From an uncultured Victivallales bacterium (lineage in GTDB: Bacteria; Verrucomicrobiota; Kiritimatiellia; UBA8416): a DNA stretch of 64,000 nt. The DNA lies in assembly GCA_964497125.1 (NCBI GenBank), contig CAZCDU010000002.1, positions 105,695 to 169,694 of the forward strand. Direction: 5' to 3'. Of this stretch, positions 47,790 to 58,266 are shown in pieces (the stretch's first letter is position 1; each line of letters opens with the position of its first letter). A model generated the notes under the pieces. It ran no database searches and was not told where the DNA came from. It worked only from the letters and a program-made list of their open reading frames with translations. A program made the translations under genes and the position numbers.

Positions 47790-47904
47790 GCGTTGCTCCT
47801 TTGCGTCTCGTCGGTTAGCAGATTCCTATGTGGGACAGAGCATAGCGATATCAGGCCCAAATAGAAGTTCTTTCCTTAGTTCCCATGTGATAGAGAGTAA
47901 AGCT

Positions 47905-48138
47905 ATGACTGCTCATCCCAAACTACTGGTCGCGATGATGGTCCTCTCCATGGTGTGTTCCGGCAGGGCCGCAGAACTGAGAGTGGGAGCAGAGGTGACG
48001 GCCATCGTGCCCGCGACCGGGAAACGCGTGGTTGTCTATCTACCGGCGGATTATGATGCGGGCCGGCGCTGGCCGGTCGTCTTCCATTTTCATGGAGCCA
48101 ACGGCCGCAACGTTCCAACCCATGACCGGCAAACGTGA
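47905..48138 (+). pseudogene. 5' fragment of a secreted esterase/alpha-beta hydrolase-like gene
   Basis: Signal peptide, then VYLPADYDAGRRWPVVFHFHGANG, then a stop 10 codons later; no GxSxG region follows. Confidence 0.6.
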
Positions 48139-48205
48139 TGCGCCGAAACGCATCATACGGCGAGGTAACAAGATCATCTTCGAACGCGACTGACACAGGA
48201 CTGCA

Positions 48206-48793
48206 ATGACGCTTCCTAACAAGCTTACGTTGGCAAGATTGGCCCTGACCCCTGTCGGGTTGACCTTACTCTATGTCAACACCGTTCCATACAATTACCT
48301 GTGCGCTGCGATCATCTTCATGATCGCCATGCTAACGGACGTGGCTGATGGCTACATCGCCAGGAAGTACGACTGCGTGACGAAGCTGGGTACGTTTCTG
48401 GATCCAATTGCCGACAAACTCATCCTGCTGTTGCACCTGGTCTTGCTACAGACACTGGGCCTGTATCCGCTATGGCTCTTGCTCGCGTTTATCGCCCGAG
48501 AACTTCTCGTCGATGCCATTCGAAACTACGCCGCCAGCCAAAAGCATTGCATCCGCGCCAACAGATCAGGAAAGGGCAAGGCCCTCCTGCAGACCATTTC
48601 GATCCTCTCGGCACTCATCTATCTTTCCGCGAGCCACTCGCAACTCTTCGGCATCTCCCTGGCCGGCGCATTCTGGCGGAACTTCCCGTTCTACACGCTG
48701 CTGGCAGCATTCCTGGTCGGTCTCATCGGCGTTTGCATTGTTGCCGGCGAGCTCCGTGCCCTCTTCGATGAGGACGGCGCCCCAGGCAACTGA
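48206..48793 (+). CDS. pgsA: CDP-diacylglycerol--glycerol-3-phosphate phosphatidyltransferase
   Basis: TLPNKLT..R, TDVADGYIARK...TKLGTFLDPIADK, RELLV..IR, GKGKA..Q. Confidence 0.88.
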   Translation: MTLPNKLTLARLALTPVGLTLLYVNTVPYNYLCAAIIFMIAMLTDVADGYIARKYDCVTKLGTFLDPIADKLILLLHLVLLQTLGLYPLWLLLAFIARELLVDAIRNYAASQKHCIRANRSGKGKALLQTISILSALIYLSASHSQLFGISLAGAFWRNFPFYTLLAAFLVGLIGVCIVAGELRALFDEDGAPGN

Positions 48794-48832
48794 GGCATGA
48801 AACCCCGCGCATCACGTTAGACCGGAAATCTA

Positions 48833-49081
48833 TTGCGTAATGCCACTCGCTTGGTATCATTCACCTCGATGACTGTTGAATCCGAATGGGGTGAAGATTC
48901 AGACAGCCAGATCGGCGTCGGTGTGCAGCTGGGACCGAGACTGCAGCACGCGAGTCGTCCGTTTGGCGTGGAAGCCAACGTCGGGGGTTCTGTCTACCTG
49001 GGCGAATGGGACTTCGGTCTTAATCGCGATGGCGGGCGACTGTCTTACATCGTCAACATCGGGCTGAGATTGAGCTACTAG
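48833..49081 (+). pseudogene. Probable C-terminal fragment of an outer-membrane beta-barrel gene
   Basis: Alternating amphipathic strands ending NIGLRLSY (C-terminal aromatic); no signal peptide or clear RBS. Confidence 0.4.
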
Positions 49082-49178
49082 ACAGAATGAAATGGTTGAT
49101 GGGCATGAAGTCCATCAGCCATCGAGAACAGGGCGTGCGTGTGGTAACCCCACTCAACGGACTATGCGACACGCTAGT

Positions 49179-49748
49179 TTAGAAAGAGTAGCGGTATCCG
49201 ACCGACCAGAGGGACATGTTCTCCGCAAGTCCGGTTGCGTCCAATTCAACGTCACCGTAGCCACCGAGGGCGATAACGACACCTACACCACCGGCAACAC
49301 CGGAATCCTTGCTGGACCAACTGGCGCCCCCTTGTGAGCCCGATACCTCCCCGTTCAGGAGTAGCCCAAGTCGTGCGCGTGCGGTCAGCCAGTCGAGGAC
49401 GACGGCACTGACAACGCCGTAGCCTGTGAAGCCGCTAAACTCCCACTCGCCGGAAGGACCGAACATCTGGTCGCCTTTGACAAGCGACCGCACGTACTCG
49501 GCTTCGACCCCGGCGGAGACCGGAAGGTCACCAAGGACACTCCCGGTGGGGATATCATAGGTCAGGAAGTCCCACCCTCCCCCAATGGCCATACCGTAAG
49601 TACTGTCGAACCCGGTTTGGGTGAATGCCAGGTAGCCGACCTTCCCCGAGACATAGAATGCATCGGCATTGAATTCGGCAGACGCAGAAACCGCCATCGC
49701 AACCGCGAGGATTCCCGCGGCAATAACTCGTCTTCTCATGCGGATCAC
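49179..49748 (-). CDS. Small outer-membrane beta-barrel protein
   Basis: Signal peptide (AVSASA|E), Gly/aromatic-rich strands, C-terminal VGYRYSF. Confidence 0.8.
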   Translation of the reverse strand: MIRMRRRVIAAGILAVAMAVSASAEFNADAFYVSGKVGYLAFTQTGFDSTYGMAIGGGWDFLTYDIPTGSVLGDLPVSAGVEAEYVRSLVKGDQMFGPSGEWEFSGFTGYGVVSAVVLDWLTARARLGLLLNGEVSGSQGGASWSSKDSGVAGGVGVVIALGGYGDVELDATGLAENMSLWSVGYRYSF

Positions 49749-49939
49749 CTCAGAAGTTCGCGCAACCGGTCATGACTACCATCAGAACGACGACTGCTAG
49801 AGTGTTAACAACTATGCTTAGCTTTACCATCACGCCCTCCTTTGTTTGTTTCCGTAATGCTACCGTTTTGGTGTTCTTCTGTCGACAAGATAGTGAGAAT
49901 CTGCTTCCAACACGCGTAAAGAGCTGCTATTTCCCTGCC

Positions 49940-50320
49940 ATGGCTATGAAGAAGAAAGAAACAGAAGCGGAGCGGCGTGCACGCATTCTTGGCGAGCTGC
50001 ATCATGATCGTCGTGAGCGGGAGAAGGGCTATCGTGCGAGGGCACTGAAGTTGTTCCCCCACGTCTGTGGCTCGTGCGGGCGGGAGTTTGAAGGCAAGCG
50101 GCTTCGCGAACTGACCGTTCATCACAAGGACCACAACTTTAAGAACAACCCGAACGACGGCAGCAACTGGGAGCTGCTCTGCCTCTACTGTCACGACCAT
50201 GAGCACGAGACTCACGCTCACGACGCGAGAGGCATGGGTCCCGCAACGGTCGGCGAGGCCCCTCCCCCGGTAGCCAATCCCTTCGACAGTCTGGATGACC
50301 TACTGGGCAAGAAGGACTAG
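49940..50320 (+). CDS. yajD: YajD family HNH nuclease
   Basis: YRARALKLFPHVCGSCGREF...LRELTVHHKDHNFKNNPNDGSNWELLCLYCHDHEH. Confidence 0.9.
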   Translation: MAMKKKETEAERRARILGELHHDRREREKGYRARALKLFPHVCGSCGREFEGKRLRELTVHHKDHNFKNNPNDGSNWELLCLYCHDHEHETHAHDARGMGPATVGEAPPPVANPFDSLDDLLGKKD

Positions 50321-50382
50321 CCCGGAATGGCACTTGGATAAGACCTTCTTTGCATGAATCGCGTCTATGATAGGTGCCATTC

Positions 50383-50493
50383 AATAACGAAATACCCAAA
50401 CCCGAAAGGGGGAGAAAGACGCTTTGGCCTGGCTATTCGTCATTCGGGTTTCGGATTTCTTTGGGTATTTGGGTACTTAGGTGTTTCGTCATT
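50383..50493. repeat. Inverted 7/8-mer tandem repeat block between convergent genes
   Basis: AATAACGAAATACCCAAACCCGAA opposite TTCGTCA TTCGGGT TTCGGAT TTC TTTGGGTA TTTGGGTA CTTAGGTG TTTCGTCATT. Confidence 0.65.
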
Positions 50494-50508
50494 CCTCCCC
50501 CCCCCTCT

Positions 50509-53500
50509 CTACCGCTTCGGCGGGGCGGCTTCACGAATGAGGGCACCGTCTGCTTCGCTCATGATAAGGATCGCAAACCGCTCAACGTGGTCGAGCTCGT
50601 TGGTATTGAGCGATGTGTAGTCAAACCGGCCACGCAGGTCGGTGTAGCCGTCCTTGTAGAACTTGACTTCCCCTCCCTTCATGCGGGCATAGACCTTCAC
50701 GTAGACTTTCGAAAGCGGCTTGCCGTTCTTCTCGTGGGCGACGCGAAGTTGCCCGTAGTTCTCGGTGAGCTGTATGGCAAGCGAATGCGGGTAATAGCCC
50801 TGTGAACGACGGATACCGTCTGCGACAAGTTCAACCATCACGTTCTGGTCACGGTACTGGCGTGGAAGCGAAACGGTGGTTGTCTTGTCTCCTTCGTGCA
50901 GGTCAAGCACACCGGTCTCGTTGGGTTGAATGACAGAGAACTGACCGGAGATCTCCTGAACGAAGGGCTTCTTGGAGAAGAGCAGTTCGATATCCATCAG
51001 GTAGTAGTTCACGAGACAGGACTCCAGGTTCTGCGAGGCAATCACGATCTTGCGATCCTCGATCTTGAAATCAAGACTGGCAGCGGTGTCTGCAAGCTGG
51101 GCCTGGCGCTGGGCTCGATCTTCTTTGTCGATCACAACGGCCTTGCCTCCCGTGATCTCTTCAGCCTGGGCCGTTACCTGGGCGAAGCGATTGCGCCAGC
51201 GGTCAACGGGGTGGTCTTTGTAGCGGGCCGCAATCTTGAGCGCCGCTTCGGCGTCGGAGCGATAGAATGCGACGTAAGCCTGCATGTAGTCATACTGCAT
51301 GGCAGTGGGCACTTCGGAACGCTCAACCCGATCAAAGAACTTCAGACCTTCATCAATCCGGTCCTGCAGGAACATGTAGTACGCGACTGCGGCCTCGTCG
51401 GCTTCGGCGAGCGAAGGCCTGTAGCGCAGATACGTCATGTAGCGTTTGTACTGCTCATGGAACTGCGTGTTCAGGATTTTGCGCTTTGCCCCCAGCTGGT
51501 AGGTACGGGCATTGACGAGTGGCCAGTACTCCTTGTGCTGATAGGTGTGACGTGCCACGGGGTCGAGCGTCAGTAGCGGCGAATCAATGTAGAAGCCTAC
51601 CATGGTCGCGAAGCGTGAATTCTGCAGGAACTCCCGGGCAACCGGAACCGCATTGTGGTGGATGCTGTATGACCAGAGCGTGGCATTGTAGGCATGACGC
51701 GACTCAAGCAACCCGATGATCGTGTCAAAGAACTGACGGTCCTTCATGCGGAAAGCAATGAGCGCCAGGTTCAGCCGGTCCACGTTGTGATCGTTGAGGT
51801 AGCGAATGACATCGTCGTTGCTGCCAAACTGCGAGATGTAATCCCACGAGGCCTTGTCGATGGTCGACAGCTTGTCAACCACGTTGAACGTGAAGGCATC
51901 GGTGTAGGCAAGAAGATCGCCATCCTGCGCTACGTGCACCGGGAAGTGTTCGTAGCTGCCGGGGAATGGGAAATAGAAGTAGTACTCAAGCTTCTGGGTC
52001 GAATAGGGCTGCACCTGGGTGTGCTGGCTTCGCGTGAAGAACCCGTTCTGCACCGGCAGTGCGCCCTTCGGGAGTTGCATCAAGACATCAACCTTGCGGC
52101 GAGTCGAGGTAGGATTAGTCAGAACGACCTGGCAGCCGTAGACGTTGTGGTACAGAAACTCCTTTGTGACGAACTTGTCGAGGCGCTCGTTATCCACGTG
52201 CAGGAAACGGTCATTCAGGGCAAAGAAGTTCTGGCTAACCAGCAATGTCTGCGCCTCGGGCATCTGGCCGGCTGGGACAATCTCCTTGTGAAACACAACA
52301 ACAGGAGAGTTGGCCACCATCGTTGCGCGCAGCCCCTCACGTGAGATCTCCTGCTTGGCCGATTCGAACGGCAGGTCCAACACGGACATCGCGAACATCA
52401 TCTCCGTGAAGTTGCGCGAGGCCTCGGCGACGTGCGTGGAAAGGAATGGAGTCTTGCTGTCATGTGCAGCGAAGTCCTTCCAGAAACCGCAGACGGGCAC
52501 AAGCCCGGCAAGCTGGGCTTCTATGGGCTGTTTGTAGTAGTTGTTTTCAACCCACTCCTCGGTCTTGTCGAGTTTCTGGTAGTATCGGCGTACTGCCTCA
52601 CGTCGCCGCGAGTCGCGCCTCAGCTCACCGAGGGACAACTCGGTCTCAGCCATGATGCGTCCTGAAGCCACCTGGAGTTTGGCTTCCGCGAACGCCGCCT
52701 TACCCTTCTTACTCTTCGCTTGTATGCGGGCGAGGGATCGGCTGGCGGGCGCCGCCGCTAGCGAACTGAGCATGTCGGCGCTCTCCTCCTTCTCAGCCAA
52801 GAAGGCTACAGCCTTGAGTTCATCCGTGATACCCGCCAACAAGCCGACATCGGTTGAGAGTGCACTACCGCGAATGGCCGTCTTGAAGAGATGGTTGAAG
52901 TGCTCGATATCGGGCGGAATCAGATCGTAGCGATCCTTGACGTGACGGGCGGCAGCCGCGTGTTCGGCGGCAAGCTGCCGCCCAAGAAGCACACGTTCAA
53001 CCATGTTGAGGCGCGCGTGTGACCAGGGCTTGAGATAGGCATCAAGCGCGCTACCCAGCAGCCAGTGATCCATGAAGGTCTTATCCTTCTTGTTGGCGAG
53101 GTAGGGTTTGATGACAGACTCAAAGAAGGCTGGATCCTTCTTGTAGAGGAAGAAACTGAGTTCGTGGCAGGCGTACTTGCTGTAAAGCTCACGCTTCTTT
53201 GTCACGGACATGTCCGGCCAGGTGAGAATGAAACTGAACTCCTTGAAAGTAGCATCCGTGTTAAGCGTCGAGAGCAAGCCATAGACCTTTGCTAGCGAGT
53301 CGTACACCTCCATCTGTGACGTGCGCACGTTCTCGAGGACAAACGGCTTATCGGCATCGGCAATACTGATAAGTTTCTGTTCGGTGAAGTGTTTCTTCGG
53401 GTCGAGTATGCGCGCCATACGCAGATCGCGATACTGGCGCCAGTCTGGTGGCAGCGACGCTTCACGGTATACGGCATTCGCCGAGTTGATCGCCATGATA

Positions 53501-56500
53501 TGGATCTGCTGACGTGGCCCAACCTGTTTCAGATCAATTCGGACCACGCCATTCGTATCGGGACGCAGGTTGCCCAGGACAAGTGCGGACTCCGGGAGAA
53601 AGTCCAGGTTTGGCGCTACGTAGCCGCCCCTCGAGCCGCGCTGGAGGAGAGCGTTCGCCATCGCATCCCTGGCTGCGGCTGAACGCCGGGCGCCCTCGGC
53701 CGCCCCCCACGCTTCGCCGCCCTTGGCTTGGTCCCGGCCGGTATCGGTCTTGCGCAGGCTCCACGGATTCAGGAGCAGTGTGGGACGACGGAGCATGTTG
53801 CCCGGGTACTTGTGGGCGAACTTCCGCTCAAGAATGTAGCGATACTCATCACCAATCTTACGACCGGACATGTAGGTACTCAGTGGGCGACCGGTAAGAG
53901 CCCAGCCCTTTCCCTGGACTTGGGGAGCGCCAAGCTGGTGGTAGATATCGAACTCCGGCAGGTAGCGGGTAGCAACCACGTGTACGCGCGTGTCAGCCGT
54001 GGCGTGCTGCAGCTGGATGGCTGCCGTACCGGCTTCGGCATCCGTTTCAATGGAGGAAACCTGGAGCGGACGCGAGTTCATCAGCTCAAGCTGGCGATCG
54101 CGCGAGATGGCGACCTTCCCGTCGCGGCGACCCGCCGTGACGCGAACAGTATGGCTAACGCCGGTACGCTTGAAGTAGAGGCTGTAATCACCGGGATCCA
54201 GATCCGTAATGGTCACAAACCCATCATCAATCTGGACGTGGCCTCGCACATCGCGAACGAACGTGCCGGTCCGCTGCTCCAGCAATGAAACCACATCGGC
54301 AACGCTCTCGGGAACCGAATCCATAAAGGGCACGGTGATGGCTTCGCCAACAGGAGCATGCACCGCACCGCGTATCGCGTGCCGGTCACGTACCATGTGC
54401 CAGCGGTGTGAGAGGTCATTGTCGAGTTTGGCGTTGACCCAATCGATATCCGTCAATGCTCCCAGATCTACGCGACCGTTCGCGTCAGTCATGAGCGTTG
54501 TGTGCACGCGATCCTTGAAGTCATGGTGTTTAAGCTCAAGATGAACGGGACGTGACTTGCGGGCCTCACCGGTCTTCCCGAGAATCTCAATCACGTAGTG
54601 GCCGCCAGCGTGGCGCAAATGCATGTCCTCCGTGTGAGCCGTCCGATCAATATCGTTGACCGTGATGCTGCCCGATGCGGAGAGATCCTCCTCCTTGGCC
54701 CGACTGATGTTAGTGACCTTTCCTGCAAGCGAATAGGAGAGCGATGCGAGTTTCTCCGGCACCTTGAGCTCGTACACTGACTCCTTATCATTGAAGAGCT
54801 CGAACCCCTCGATGGTTTTGGAGCTGCTGATGCCTTCCCTATCAACGGATGTGATCGTCAGGACCACCTTCTCCAGCAGACCGACATCGACAGTACGTCC
54901 GTTTAGTAGAAGCTGTGGGCGAACAAACAGCTCGCAAGTGCCGCCATCCAGGAGGGTCTCGCGATCAACATAGAAGCCAGTCGAAAGGGCATAGTTCTCC
55001 GCCTGGTGCTGGAACTTGTGCAACTCGGAGAAGCCGTTGTGAGTGATGATGAAAGGCTGATGGCCGGGCTTTGTGCTGAACGGAACGGCGATCTCACCAT
55101 TATCCTCAGCTTCGTAGCTGTGTCCATCAATCCAAAGCGAGGCGGTCTTGATGCGGGATCCCTCGCCGTCATAGACACGGAAGACATGACCTGCTGATCC
55201 CAAGCGGGAATGGAACGTCATGCGTCCCTTCTGCACCAGGGCACGGCTGCTTTTGCCGTTGCCGATGAGCTCAACCACGTAGACACCCGGTTCATCGATT
55301 GTGGGGAAGTCGAAGGTCTCGGTATGGCGGCGCTGGGGAATCTGTTCATAGCGGATCACGGTCTCTTCATTCGCAACCAGGCCGTCAAGATCGATGGCGG
55401 TCGTGACCGGCTTCATGTGATCCCGGTAGTAGTTCATCGTGTTGATTCGATAGGTCTTGATAATCAGCTTCTCGACGTTCTTTACCGCCACGTCGAGCGT
55501 GACCGCGTCGCCAGCTGCGATGATCTCCTTATTCGTGGGCAGGAACTCAATATCCACCCGCTCCTTCAACGCCTTGTACTCTTCGGGCGTCAGCAGCGAG
55601 TACCAACGTTCCATGTCGCCCACGCCATTGAGCACCTTGGTTTCGGCAAAGAGGCGTTTCATGTAGTTCGATTCAATGTAGGGCGTAAACTCCTTGTAGT
55701 CCTCGGCATCGATCACAAACCGCGCGAGGAAATCGCGAACAAGCGGCTCATCGGTCTGGACACTGACCAGCATGGTGTAGGTCTTGTAATTCGCAGCCAG
55801 GTTGGCGCGTACCATGCGATGTTCCGGTTTCTGGTTGTAGGTGCGATTGATGTAGGCCACGTTGCGGGGGAGTTTGATGTACTCCATGAAGAGCGCCTTG
55901 TCATAGACACCCTCACTGCGATCGTACGCCAGGCGATGAAACAGGACGTGCGCTTTGAGAGAGTTCTGCGACGCCGGAAGCCGCTTTACGAAGGCCCACA
56001 TTCTCTCGTAGTAGGCCTTCCGTTCCTGGGGGTCGTGCTCCCAGTCGACGTCCGCGTCAGGCCGTAGTTTGGTCAGATAGGCGTTGATGAACTTGGTATC
56101 CTTGAGCAGGTCGGGCTTGAGCTCGAGGCACTCGTCAAGCTGGGAGAGCAACAGCTGGGCGTGGATCTTGTGACTGCCAAATCCACCGCTGTGCTTGTAG
56201 TTCAGGTCGTCGACCACGAGCTTGGCCATGTTGGGGTGATCGGGACGCTTAATTCGCTGCAGCAGGTTCCGCAGATACTCTGGTTTGAGTTTCTGCTTCA
56301 CCAGGATGTCGAGAGCGGTGTCTTCAAAATCGTGCAGGCTGGTTGAGTGCCGGGAGAACGCGCGTTGCTGCAGAGTCGACCAGCTAATCGAATCCTGGTT
56401 AAGGCGGGTCGCGAAATTCGGCTTCTTGTCCAGGTTCCTGCGCTGGTGGTTGAAGTGGAGTCCAAGCCGGTATCGTATGCGCTCGAGGGTAGCCTTGTGA

Positions 56501-56793
56501 TTCGTGTCGTAGGTCAGCAACGCCTGACGATCGGTTATCTCTTCGACACGCGACGTTCGGCCGTGTCGCTTTATCCAGGGCTTGAGAAGCTCATCGACTT
56601 TGCCAAACTCCCCGAGGTGTTGGTAATGCAGACAGTGGTAATAGTAGTAGTCCGGCGTGCCGGGTATGAGCTCTTTAAGAGCGGTCGCACGGTCGTCCGA
56701 GAGGGCATACCTCTCATCGAAACCGATTTCGCCGGCATAAACAGTAGACATTGTAGCCAGCAGGAGGGTGAGTAGCATCCGGATCGTCATCAT
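50509..56793 (-). CDS. Giant secreted protein (2094 aa) of unknown function with macroglobulin-like beta-sandwich segments
   Basis: Signal peptide; uninterrupted ORF; helical N-terminus; MG-like segments (PGVYVVELIGNG, GKPLSKVYVKVY...GYTDLRGRFDY). Confidence 0.85.
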   Translation of the reverse strand: MMTIRMLLTLLLATMSTVYAGEIGFDERYALSDDRATALKELIPGTPDYYYYHCLHYQHLGEFGKVDELLKPWIKRHGRTSRVEEITDRQALLTYDTNHKATLERIRYRLGLHFNHQRRNLDKKPNFATRLNQDSISWSTLQQRAFSRHSTSLHDFEDTALDILVKQKLKPEYLRNLLQRIKRPDHPNMAKLVVDDLNYKHSGGFGSHKIHAQLLLSQLDECLELKPDLLKDTKFINAYLTKLRPDADVDWEHDPQERKAYYERMWAFVKRLPASQNSLKAHVLFHRLAYDRSEGVYDKALFMEYIKLPRNVAYINRTYNQKPEHRMVRANLAANYKTYTMLVSVQTDEPLVRDFLARFVIDAEDYKEFTPYIESNYMKRLFAETKVLNGVGDMERWYSLLTPEEYKALKERVDIEFLPTNKEIIAAGDAVTLDVAVKNVEKLIIKTYRINTMNYYRDHMKPVTTAIDLDGLVANEETVIRYEQIPQRRHTETFDFPTIDEPGVYVVELIGNGKSSRALVQKGRMTFHSRLGSAGHVFRVYDGEGSRIKTASLWIDGHSYEAEDNGEIAVPFSTKPGHQPFIITHNGFSELHKFQHQAENYALSTGFYVDRETLLDGGTCELFVRPQLLLNGRTVDVGLLEKVVLTITSVDREGISSSKTIEGFELFNDKESVYELKVPEKLASLSYSLAGKVTNISRAKEEDLSASGSITVNDIDRTAHTEDMHLRHAGGHYVIEILGKTGEARKSRPVHLELKHHDFKDRVHTTLMTDANGRVDLGALTDIDWVNAKLDNDLSHRWHMVRDRHAIRGAVHAPVGEAITVPFMDSVPESVADVVSLLEQRTGTFVRDVRGHVQIDDGFVTITDLDPGDYSLYFKRTGVSHTVRVTAGRRDGKVAISRDRQLELMNSRPLQVSSIETDAEAGTAAIQLQHATADTRVHVVATRYLPEFDIYHQLGAPQVQGKGWALTGRPLSTYMSGRKIGDEYRYILERKFAHKYPGNMLRRPTLLLNPWSLRKTDTGRDQAKGGEAWGAAEGARRSAAARDAMANALLQRGSRGGYVAPNLDFLPESALVLGNLRPDTNGVVRIDLKQVGPRQQIHIMAINSANAVYREASLPPDWRQYRDLRMARILDPKKHFTEQKLISIADADKPFVLENVRTSQMEVYDSLAKVYGLLSTLNTDATFKEFSFILTWPDMSVTKKRELYSKYACHELSFFLYKKDPAFFESVIKPYLANKKDKTFMDHWLLGSALDAYLKPWSHARLNMVERVLLGRQLAAEHAAAARHVKDRYDLIPPDIEHFNHLFKTAIRGSALSTDVGLLAGITDELKAVAFLAEKEESADMLSSLAAAPASRSLARIQAKSKKGKAAFAEAKLQVASGRIMAETELSLGELRRDSRRREAVRRYYQKLDKTEEWVENNYYKQPIEAQLAGLVPVCGFWKDFAAHDSKTPFLSTHVAEASRNFTEMMFAMSVLDLPFESAKQEISREGLRATMVANSPVVVFHKEIVPAGQMPEAQTLLVSQNFFALNDRFLHVDNERLDKFVTKEFLYHNVYGCQVVLTNPTSTRRKVDVLMQLPKGALPVQNGFFTRSQHTQVQPYSTQKLEYYFYFPFPGSYEHFPVHVAQDGDLLAYTDAFTFNVVDKLSTIDKASWDYISQFGSNDDVIRYLNDHNVDRLNLALIAFRMKDRQFFDTIIGLLESRHAYNATLWSYSIHHNAVPVAREFLQNSRFATMVGFYIDSPLLTLDPVARHTYQHKEYWPLVNARTYQLGAKRKILNTQFHEQYKRYMTYLRYRPSLAEADEAAVAYYMFLQDRIDEGLKFFDRVERSEVPTAMQYDYMQAYVAFYRSDAEAALKIAARYKDHPVDRWRNRFAQVTAQAEEITGGKAVVIDKEDRAQRQAQLADTAASLDFKIEDRKIVIASQNLESCLVNYYLMDIELLFSKKPFVQEISGQFSVIQPNETGVLDLHEGDKTTTVSLPRQYRDQNVMVELVADGIRRSQGYYPHSLAIQLTENYGQLRVAHEKNGKPLSKVYVKVYARMKGGEVKFYKDGYTDLRGRFDYTSLNTNELDHVERFAILIMSEADGALIREAAPPKR

Positions 56794-56813
56794 TGTGGAC
56801 TCCTTCTAGTAGC

Positions 56814-56841
56814 GTAGGGTTTGCGATCATCGCCATCCTAC
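56814..56841. repeat. Short palindrome with GTAG at both ends
   Basis: GTAGG-GTTT-GCGAT-C-ATCGC-CAT-CCTAC upstream of the giant gene. Confidence 0.4.
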
Positions 56842-56948
56842 ACCATTGAAGACGCCTGTCACCCGGTGAATGTTCCAAAAAACTTCCCATAAATGCGGCA
56901 AGCTCACATCCACCTTTCAACGTCCCGCGTTTTTCCCTATACCTACGC

Positions 56949-57476
56949 ATGCAGATGACAGCAGCAGGGATCAACATCGAACACGTCACCACACCTGAGC
57001 GAATAGCTGAGGTGGCGAAGCTCGCGAGTGAGATCTGGAAGGAGCACTTCACCCCGCTGATTGGGCAGGCTCAAGTAGACTATATGCTGGAGCGGTTCCA
57101 AAGCGTCCCGGCCATTTCGGATCAGATCAAGGATGGCGTTGAATACTGGCTACTACGGGTAGAGGGCGCCAACGCAGGCTACTACGCATTGATTCCTGAT
57201 ACGGCCACGCATTCCGCCATGCTCAGTAAATTCTATATCCATAGCCACGCACGCGGCCGCGGATACGCACGCACCATGCTGCAGCATGTCGAGAGCCGTT
57301 GCCTTGAGCTGGAAATGCAGGAGGTCTGGCTAACCGTGAACCGCCACAATGCGGCGCCAATCGCGATCTACGAGCATCTCGGATTCAAGGTCACAGGCGA
57401 GCTCGTGAAAGACATCGGTAATGGGTTCATCATGGACGACTACCGGATGGCGAAGAGCATTCCCTCTCCCAGCTGA
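56949..57476 (+). CDS. GNAT family N-acetyltransferase
   Basis: LSKFYI...RGRGYA, WLTVNRHN..IAIYEHLGF, DIGNGFIMDDYRM. Confidence 0.9.
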   Translation: MQMTAAGINIEHVTTPERIAEVAKLASEIWKEHFTPLIGQAQVDYMLERFQSVPAISDQIKDGVEYWLLRVEGANAGYYALIPDTATHSAMLSKFYIHSHARGRGYARTMLQHVESRCLELEMQEVWLTVNRHNAAPIAIYEHLGFKVTGELVKDIGNGFIMDDYRMAKSIPSPS

Positions 57477-57611
57477 CCCTATCCAGTTGGAATCTCGTCA
57501 CAAAGAAAAACAAGGTTCAGCACCCCTTTCTGCGGCTAGCACTCCCGGCACGTCACCTTTTCCGGCAGATTTCGGCTTTAATCCCCGGGCTCTTCGCTCT
57601 ACTCTCGTTCC

Positions 57612-58043
57612 ATGACAAGGGCCCTACTAGTCTGTGTGTTGGTGTCACTCGCGGTGGGGTGTGCATCCCCGGAGTATCGTATCCGCAAACACCCGGAGCT
57701 TTTTGCTTCGTTCCCGCCTGAGGTGCAGGAGAATGTCGCGGCCGGGAAGATCGAGATCGGGTATGATCCTGACATGGTCTTCATCGCCATGGGACGGCCC
57801 GATCACACTTACAGCCGGCAGACAGAGAGTGGCCTGACGCTGATCTGGGCCTACTCGACGCGGCACCATACGACATCTTGGCGTCCCGTTGAGACGCTGC
57901 ACGTCTATCGCGACAAGCACGGGCAGAGGCGCTATGCCAGCAGGACGACATGGATAGACGTGAATGAGTACACCGAAGTCGAAGCCGTCCGCATCGAGTT
58001 CTCGGATGAAAAGGTCAAGGCCATCGAAGTTCTGAACCGGTAG
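57612..58043 (+). CDS. Lipoprotein, SmpA/BamE-like fold
   Basis: Lipobox LAVGC; IEIGYDPDMVFIAMGRPD; IWAY; terminal IEFSDEKVKAI. Confidence 0.7.
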   Translation: MTRALLVCVLVSLAVGCASPEYRIRKHPELFASFPPEVQENVAAGKIEIGYDPDMVFIAMGRPDHTYSRQTESGLTLIWAYSTRHHTTSWRPVETLHVYRDKHGQRRYASRTTWIDVNEYTEVEAVRIEFSDEKVKAIEVLNR

Positions 58044-58266
58044 TCTGAGACTTCAGTCGTCGTTATCCGTGTGGAAGGTGGACCGTGGCCTCCGGACGCG
58101 GTCGAGCAAGGTGGAAGCCTGTCGTGTGACAGTATCGAACTCCGTGCTCCCATGTCTCTTGGAAGGCACATCACTTGCACGACGCCGTCCGGAGGCCGGC
58201 GTCCACCTTTCACGTCACCAGGTTTCACTCAGGAATGATCCAAGAGGCGCAGCGAGCCCTGACTCC

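Noticed and set aside
49940-50320. HNH nuclease as a homing endonuclease or defence gene
   Set aside because: Sequence fits the widespread stand-alone YajD family; no mobile-element or defence context
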